Shown here: positions 56,926 to 64,000 of the stretch, piece by piece | How the letters are laid out: the number at the start of each line of letters is the position of its first letter | Numbering within the stretch: position 1 is the first letter of the stretch | Assembly: GCA_964016885.1 (NCBI GenBank) | Contig: OZ024740.1 | Coordinates: 218,550,001-218,614,000 of the forward strand | DNA length: 64,000 nt | Direction: 5' to 3' | DNA from: Eledone cirrhosa | Taxonomy: Eukaryota | Notes under the pieces: generated by a model | The model's input: only the letters and a program-made list of their open reading frames with translations | Database searches by the model: none | What the model was told of the DNA's origin: nothing | Translations under genes and position numbers: made by a program

Positions 56926-57889
56926 TTTAATACTGAGAAACACTGTCTCACAGAGAGAAATAAAAAAAAACCGTTGTAAGATAATACAGGTTTATGAATG
57001 GTGATGCTTATGATTAAAGAAAAAGGAATTAAGAATACTATTTATTTAAGGTTTATATATTGAAGGGTTTAATAATATGTGCGAAAAGGAATTTATTAAA
57101 ATGTATTATTAAAATAAAATATATTAAGGAGATAAGGTGAATGAAGATAAGGTTAAATGAATTATGAACTTAGAGGAATTAGTTAGGGTCCAAGTTTGTT
57201 TCTATGTATTGTAATAGGAAAAAGTAAATAATAGGTTTAATACGAGCACGGAAGGAGAGAAGAAAGAAGAAAATTCAAGGGAGAAAAAATATATAACGTC
57301 AAAAAAAATATGTTTACAAAAGTTACTAATGGTAATATTAGTATATATTAAAAATAAAAATTTGTATGGCCGAGAATATAAGGAGAATGCTATAGTGAGT
57401 TATAATATGAATTAAGAAGTAATTGAGAATTAAAAGTTGCAGATTAAAGATTAGAAATTAAAAAAGAAAAAAAGGATAAAAAAAGAATAAAAATAGGGGA
57501 CCGCTAACGACATAGTATGAGTAAATTGTATAATATACTGAAATAAGGTAGAAAGATGGGTATATTTGTAAAATATATAAAAGCGTTTGAGAAAAGAAGA
57601 TTTTAAACTAATTAGGTAGTAAGATATTAACTGTATACTTTATGGAATGTTCTATGGGATTTATGCAAGCAGAGCGAAAATAAATCCGTACGTCTATTTA
57701 TTATAGAATTAAAATTAGAGATAATGGTAAATTTCTCCGCTAGGCAGAGATTACATGTTCTGGATAGGGAAGAATTCAGGTAAGGAGAGGCGTTGCAAAC
57801 CTTCCTCCAAGAAATGTTGTAGTTATACTTTTGTCCTTTAAGGACCATATGAGTTCTGAGAGTGCCGTGTTAGTTCTTTTAAGTTGGTA

Positions 57890-59292
57890 GTCAGCGCAAT
57901 TGACGGACTTGATTGGTATCTTTATTTTGAATTCTTTAAATCGGAAAATTCCTCAACTTCGCGGTGGAATTTATCGTGACGATGCCCTTTTTACTGTCTT
58001 AAACTGTAACTTAGTTAATCTTAATATTATCAAGAATAATATACTTGATCTATTTAAGCACAATAACCTAAAAATTGAATTTGAAAACGTCAAACTAGCT
58101 AACTTCCTGGATATATCCCTTAATCTTGACACCGGCCTATATTACTCTTACCATAAAGACAATGAGAATCTAAATTATGTTAATTTTAAATCTAACCACT
58201 CTATTAACGTTAAAAATGCTATCGTCAGTAATGTTGAAAAAAGAATCTCAAATCTATCCTCTAATAAAGTTATCTTTGACGCTAAAGCCAATTATTACAA
58301 TAATGCGCTTTCCAGAGCCAGTTATCCTGACAAAATTAAATACAGTAAAGAAACCAATCATCGGGGGACTTATAGTAATATAGTTAGTTATAAGCATTCC
58401 AATAACATAAAGAAAAGACCTAGATATAAAAATATGATTTGGTACAACGCTCCTTTTTCTCTATCTATTATTAGTAATATTCCTAAACTATATTAGATAA
58501 ATGCTTCCCTCCCTCGCATATTTATAGTAAGATCTTTAACAAACATACAATTAAATTCTCTTATTCCACCACTTCCAACATCTCTAACATTATTTCTAAA
58601 CATAATAAAATATTAATAAATTATATCCATCCAACACTGAGTGTCATAATAATAGCAATAGTAAACCCGACGTCAATGTTAACTCTAGGCTAGATTCCAT
58701 AAATTTAAATACGACGTCAAACGTAACTTTGTCGAATGTTCATAACACCAATCTAAATCAGGAAACTTTAGCACCTATCGTAAATAACTTCTCCAATCCA
58801 ATTCCTTCTATAAATAATACTAGGTCAATTGTTAATAACTCTGGTAATTTCTCTAATCGTAATTGAAATTGCCCTGTTAGAACTAAATGTCCTCTTAGTA
58901 ACCAATGTCTTGATAAAAATTTAGTGTATGAATGTAAGGTTATAACTGGTACTAATTCTTTTACCTATTTTGGTTCCACTTCCACTTCCTTTAAAGCAAG
59001 ATTTTATAATCAGAATTCTTCTTTTAAATACCAACTTAAAAGAACTAACACGGCACTCTCAGAACTCATATGGTCCTTAAAGGACAAAAATATTAACTAC
59101 AATATTTCTTGGAGGAAGGTTTGCAATGCCTCTCCTTACCTGAATTCTTCCCTATCCAGAACATGTAATCTCTGCCTAGCGGAGAAATTTACCATTATCT
59201 CTAATTTTAATTCTATAATAAATACACATACGGATTTATTTTCGCTCTGCTTGCATAAATCCCATAGAACATTCCATAAAGTATACAGTTAA
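57890..59292 (+). pseudogene. PLE RT/GIY-YIG endonuclease ORF, truncated and frameshifted
   Basis: RT motifs GIYRDD, NFLDISLNL, YVNFKSNH, IWYNAPFS, KIFNKHTIKFSYS. Linker N*NCPVRTKCPLSNQC. EN motifs LVYECKV..TYFGST..FKARFYN..TALSELIW..CNLCLAEK. Frameshifts near 58490 and 58610; TGA at 58864. Confidence 0.9.
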
Positions 59293-60269
59293 TATCTTAC
59301 TACCTAATTAGTTTAACATCTTCTTTTCTCAAACGCTTTTATATCTTTTACAAATATACCCATCTTTCTACCTTATTTCAGTATATTATACAATTTACTC
59401 ATACTATGTCGTTAGCGGTCCCCTATTTTTATTCTTTTTTTTCCTTTTCTAATTTCTAATATTTAATCTGCAACTTTTACTTCTCAATTACTTCTTAATT
59501 CATATTATAACTCACTATAGCATTTTCCTTATATTCTCGGCCATACAATTTTTTATTTTTAATATATACTAATATTACCATTAGTAACTTTTGTAAACAT
59601 ATATTTTTTTTTTTTGACGTTATATATTTTTTCTCCCTTGAATTTCTTCTTTCTTCTCTCCTTCCAATGCTCGTATTAAACCTATTATTTACTTTTTCCT
59701 ATTACAATACATAGAAACAAACTTGGACCCTAACTAATTCCTCTAAGTTCATAATTCATTTAACCTTATCTTCATTCACCTTATCTCCTTAATATATTTT
59801 ATTTTAATAATACATTTTAATAAATTCCTTTTCGCACATATTATTAAACCCTTCAATATATAAACCTTAAATAAATAGTATTCTTAATTCCTTTTTCTTT
59901 AATCATAAGCATCACCATTCATAAACCTCATTAACTTTTAATTTCTAAATTTTTTTTAAAATTATGTATTATCTTCAACGGTTTTTTTTTTATTTTTCTC
60001 TGTGAGACAGTGTTTCTCAGTATTAAAGGTTATCTCTCTCTCACTCTCACTCATTTTCTCCTCCTCTCTCATCCTTCCTTCTTATACTCCTCTTCCGTCA
60101 TCCTTTCCTTATTATTATATATTTTTTTATTATTATATTCTTTCTTCCTCTTCCTTCCCCCCTTCCTTTCCTTTTTTTTCCCAATCTCATATATCCATCT
60201 TATTTTTCATATGTTGATTTAACACTTCACTGCTCGCAAGTGTTTTTTACGCTTCATATCGTGTCTCCC

Positions 60270-60340
60270 TATTTTATCTGATGAGAACGCAAATATCATC
60301 CCATGATGATATTTGTTTTTGAAATGCGCATAATAAAATA
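60270..60340 (+). ncRNA. Type I hammerhead ribozyme in PLE terminal repeat
   Basis: Stem I TATTTTAT/ATAAAATA; CTGATGA 60278-84; long stem II (CAAATATCATC/GATGATATTTG); GAAA 60321-24; palindromic TGCGCA; AUA cleavage triplet. Confidence 0.85.
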
Positions 60341-60973
60341 CATGGAACTCTTTTAACCATCTTTTCATTTTATATTATTTATACTCCAGTCCTATAAACT
60401 GTTGAGTGCTACTTATCCGATATTTGCCTTGCTTTATTGTGCTACAATAAAACTCACCTCCTACAAATATATATATAGTGAGCTTAACAAAATGGCCTAT
60501 TACAAATGGGGTTGTCATCACTGCAGTTAATAATAGCATTATTAGCTTTATTATATAAAAACAACATAATATGACACCTACAGCTTCATGACACCTGTAT
60601 TCACCATTTGCTATACCGAGTTTAAGAAGGTGGATGGTCAGTGTTTGCTGAATTTGGAAGGTAGGTCGGTCGCAGTTTGGTTTAACAGGAGTCATAAGTG
60701 CAGGTTGGTGTTCGGTTTAGAGTGTTTAATGAGTGTTTGTGGACTGATTGGCGCAATAACAGTCTTATTTATTTATGCATATATATACATTATATATGTA
60801 TATGAGTAGGTGAGAGAAGGCAATAAGAAAAAAGTAAACAGAACTACCCTGCTTTGTCAATTGTCAAGTTGTAAGAGACGATGTTTACCTAACTTATATA
60901 CAGCTAGCCAATATCTTGTGAATAGAAATGGTGGTGGTAGTGGTGGTGGCAACGAAGAAGAAGAAGAAGAACC

Positions 60974-61005
<32 letters not shown>

Positions 61006-61457
61006 CAACAACAACTACCCCCACCACCACTTCTCTGCATTAAAGAAATACATAGCATAGCCACTGCACCCCTATTTGAATACCCACATACAAACAAAGA
61101 AATTTACAAAAGTACAAACACAAACATTTATGTGATATTTAGTGTGAAACCATCCCCAACCCTAACCATAACCCTTTCAGTCTGTCCTTACCAATCTACC
61201 TAATTTTCTCTCTACTTGGGTTTATAAATAAACAAAACTGAATAAATAAGCAGCCCCCAGCTCCACACCCACCTTTATGTCTTCAATATAATATTATGTG
61301 AAAATTGCAGATCTTTTTTTCTTCTAGGCTTTTATTTACCTAAGAGATATTCAATAGTCTCTGTAGCAGTCAGACTTATTTAAATGCATATATATATATA
61401 TATATATACATATATATAGACACACATGTATATATATATATATATATAAGCACAGAT

Positions 61458-61501
<44 letters not shown>

Positions 61502-61505
<4 letters not shown>

Positions 61506-61775
61506 CATCATTATCATCATTTCATTTTACGTCCGCTTTTCCCTGCTTGCATGGGTGGGACGTGAACTGATGCTGGCTTGATTTCTACAGCTGGATGCCC
61601 TTCCTAACACCAACCGCATTTACAGCGAGTGCTGGGTGCTTTTTTGCCGTGGCATCTCCACGACCACTTTGCAGTGGAATGATAGGGACTGTAGAAATCA
61701 AGCCAGCATCAGTTCACGTCCCACCCTTGCAAGCAGGGAAAAGCGGACGTAAAATGAAATGATGATGATGATGAT
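61502..61775. repeat. Retroposon 3' end with (CAT)n tail, duplicated as an inverted repeat
   Basis: 61513-61590 versus 61689-61768. Confidence 0.8.
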
Positions 61776-61859
61776 ATATAAATATATATATATATATACA
61801 TACATACATATACATACATATATATATATATATAGTTTACTCAGCTGTAGAAATGAGAT

Positions 61860-62047
61860 AATTGTTTCTACTATTGGCACAAGGCCAGAAAATTACCCAG
61901 TACATTACTGGTACTTTATTTTATCGACCCCGTAAGGATGAAAGGCAAAGTTAACCTCGGCGGGATTTGAACTCAGAATGGCAAGGGCCGTAACTCTATG
62001 CGTCAAAGCATGGCGTCCGAACCTCTACCGATACTGCCAATCCACCA
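61860..62047 (-). mobile_element. Full-length SINE
   Basis: Reverse complement of the 42899-43090 type. Confidence 0.88.
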
Positions 62048-62054
62048 GTCCCTA

Positions 62055-62202
62055 TTATCTCATTTCTACAGCTGAGTAAACTGGAGCAATGTGAAATAAA
62101 GTGCCTTGCTCAAGGAAACAACACATCACCTGGTCTGAGAATTGAACCCACAACCGTTCGATTGCAAGGCCAATGCTCTAACCACTAAGCCATGTGCCTC
62201 CA
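62055..62202 (-). mobile_element. Second tRNA-derived SINE family (CORE-like)
   Basis: TGGCTTAGTGG A-box, GGTTCAATTC B-box, CCTTGAGCAAGGCACTT core. Relatives at 19630-19800, 23100-23345(-), 49980-50070, 55040-55145. Confidence 0.75.
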
Positions 62203-62222
62203 TATGTATATACGTATATATG

Positions 62223-62255
<33 letters not shown>

Positions 62256-62257
62256 GC

Positions 62258-62512
<255 letters not shown>

Positions 62513-62720
62513 CACGGTTATATATGTGTGTATATGTATATATGTATATATGTATATATATATATGATAATGGTGTGTCATCATATTTCACATAAGCTGC
62601 CGATATCAGACATAATGATATTTGAGAAGACAACTTATATGTCGAACAATGTTCTTTTGTTCTTTCATAATTGCTTGCTTTTTGTCTCACTTTGTTAACG
62701 TGTATTAAGTATCTATGAGG

Positions 62721-63075
62721 ACCCTTCAGTCATGTCAAGGATATGACAGCTACCCTAGTGTTATTGATCTACCCAATAAACACACCCTGTACATGCTGGG
62801 AAGTGATTGGTGATAGGAATGGCATCCAGCCATAGAAAGGTTGCCAAACAAAGGGTTGGGAAACCCTTCAGTCATGTCAAGGACATGACAGCTACCCTAG
62901 TGTTATTGATCTACCTAATAAACACACCCTGTACATGATGTAAAGTGATTGGTGATAGGAATGGCATCCAGCCATAGAAAGGTTGCCAAACAAAGGGTTG
63001 GGAAACCCTTCAGGCACATCAAGGACATGACAGTCTCCCTGTACACACTGTAATGTGATTGAAGATAGGAAGGGC
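62721..63075. repeat. 142-bp tandem repeat, ~2.4 copies
   Basis: ACCCTTCAG at 62721, 62863 and 63005. Confidence 0.85.
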
Positions 63076-63079
63076 AAGT

Positions 63080-64000
63080 ATATTAAGAAACTAAATAGTG
63101 TGCTATATATAATAACGCACATGGTAGTTCCTAACTCAATATATACCTTTGATATATTCCGCTCCATTAATTTGTTGAGCTATTTCAAATGTCGAATAAA
63201 CCTGGCTGCTATTTTTAGTGGTGTAAGTTTGTGAGACACGCTAAGATACCATGTGCGTTATTATATATAGCACACTATTTAGTTACTTAATATACTTAGA
63301 AGTATCTAGGATACTAATTTGTCACCCACTGATGAGCAAGAATTGGTTATTCTATTCACAATTAATTAGTATTGCGAAACGTTGTCTGGGTGATTGGTAG
63401 TTACCACAATTCCGGTTTGTATTTATTTTCTTGATTTTTTTCTTAAATTGAGACAGGCAAACCCTATTGTCTATAGTTAGTATTCTTTTCACCTTAGCGA
63501 ATCTGGTTCCTTGCAATTTGAACACATATATCTATATATTGAGACAGGCAAACCCTATTGTCTATAGTTAGTATTCTTTTCACCTTAGCGAATCTGGTCC
63601 CTTGCAATTTGAACACATATATCTATATATTGAGACAGGCAAACCCTATTGTCTATAGTTAGTATTCTTTTCACCTTAGCGAATCTGGTCCCTTGCAATT
63701 TGAACACATATATCTATATATTGAGACAGGCAAACCCTATTGTCTATAGTTAGTATTCTTTTCACCTCAGCGAATCTGGTCCCTTACGATTTGAACTCAT
63801 ATATCTATATATTGAGACAGGCAAACCCTATTGTCTATAGTTAGTATTCTTTTCACCTCAGCGAATCTGGTCCCTTACGATTTGAACTCATATATCTATA
63901 TATCTGTGTTCGTTTTTCTTTTATATTCAACTATAACATTCGGCTCGGGAATATCTCTTTCTTAGAGCTATTTTATTGTAAGAGACTATTTTGAGTTCAT
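63080..64000 (+). mobile_element. Hammerhead-bearing element with internal 91-bp tandem repeat x5
   Basis: Inverted 63081-63126/63248-63292; HHR at 63322; tandem TTGAGACAGGCAAACCC.. at 63448-63900. A single-unit relative lies at 25050-25372. Confidence 0.75.
63322..63393 (+). ncRNA. Type I hammerhead ribozyme
   Basis: Stem I TCACCCA/TGGGTGA; CTGATGA 63329-35; stem II GCAA/TTGC; GAAA 63376-79; 2-bp stem III with AACGTT palindrome; GUC cleavage triplet. Confidence 0.85.

Larger units (their letters stand above)
56563..60378 (+). mobile_element. Penelope-like retroelement (C-terminal EN type), 5'-truncated, with inverted copy of its 3' ~1.3 kb in front
   Basis: 56563-57889 is the reverse complement of 59029-60378. 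The central part encodes RT and GIY-YIG. There is a hammerhead in each arm and a (TA)n tract on the left flank. An inverted pLTR arrangement is typical of PLE insertions. Confidence 0.92.

Overview
This is repeat-saturated, AT-rich animal genomic DNA with no recognisable intact host gene. The SINE types and extreme (TA)n/(CA)n density resemble a cephalopod such as Octopus (inference). Nearly all ORFs in the track are microsatellite or satellite artefacts. Real coding remnants are all transposon-derived: a 5'-truncated Penelope-like element (PLE; RT plus C-terminal GIY-YIG) with a ~1.3 kb inverted terminal duplication (56563-60378), an internally deleted mariner, an L1/Tx1 3' end, RTE fragments and a hAT transposase scrap. 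There are also many tRNA-derived SINEs, three Lep1-type non-autonomous Helitrons, MITEs, and a ~6.2 kb 20-bp satellite with higher-order structure. The most striking signal is about ten sequence-unrelated families of short non-coding elements. They sit in (TA)n tracts, are often fold-back palindromes, and carry minimal type I hammerhead ribozyme folds like the one in the PLE terminal repeat. One family has a compensatory U3-A8 core. This suggests a diverse, (TA)n-targeting system of PLE-derived ribozyme mini-elements (retrozyme-like). All folds were read by eye and none has been tested.
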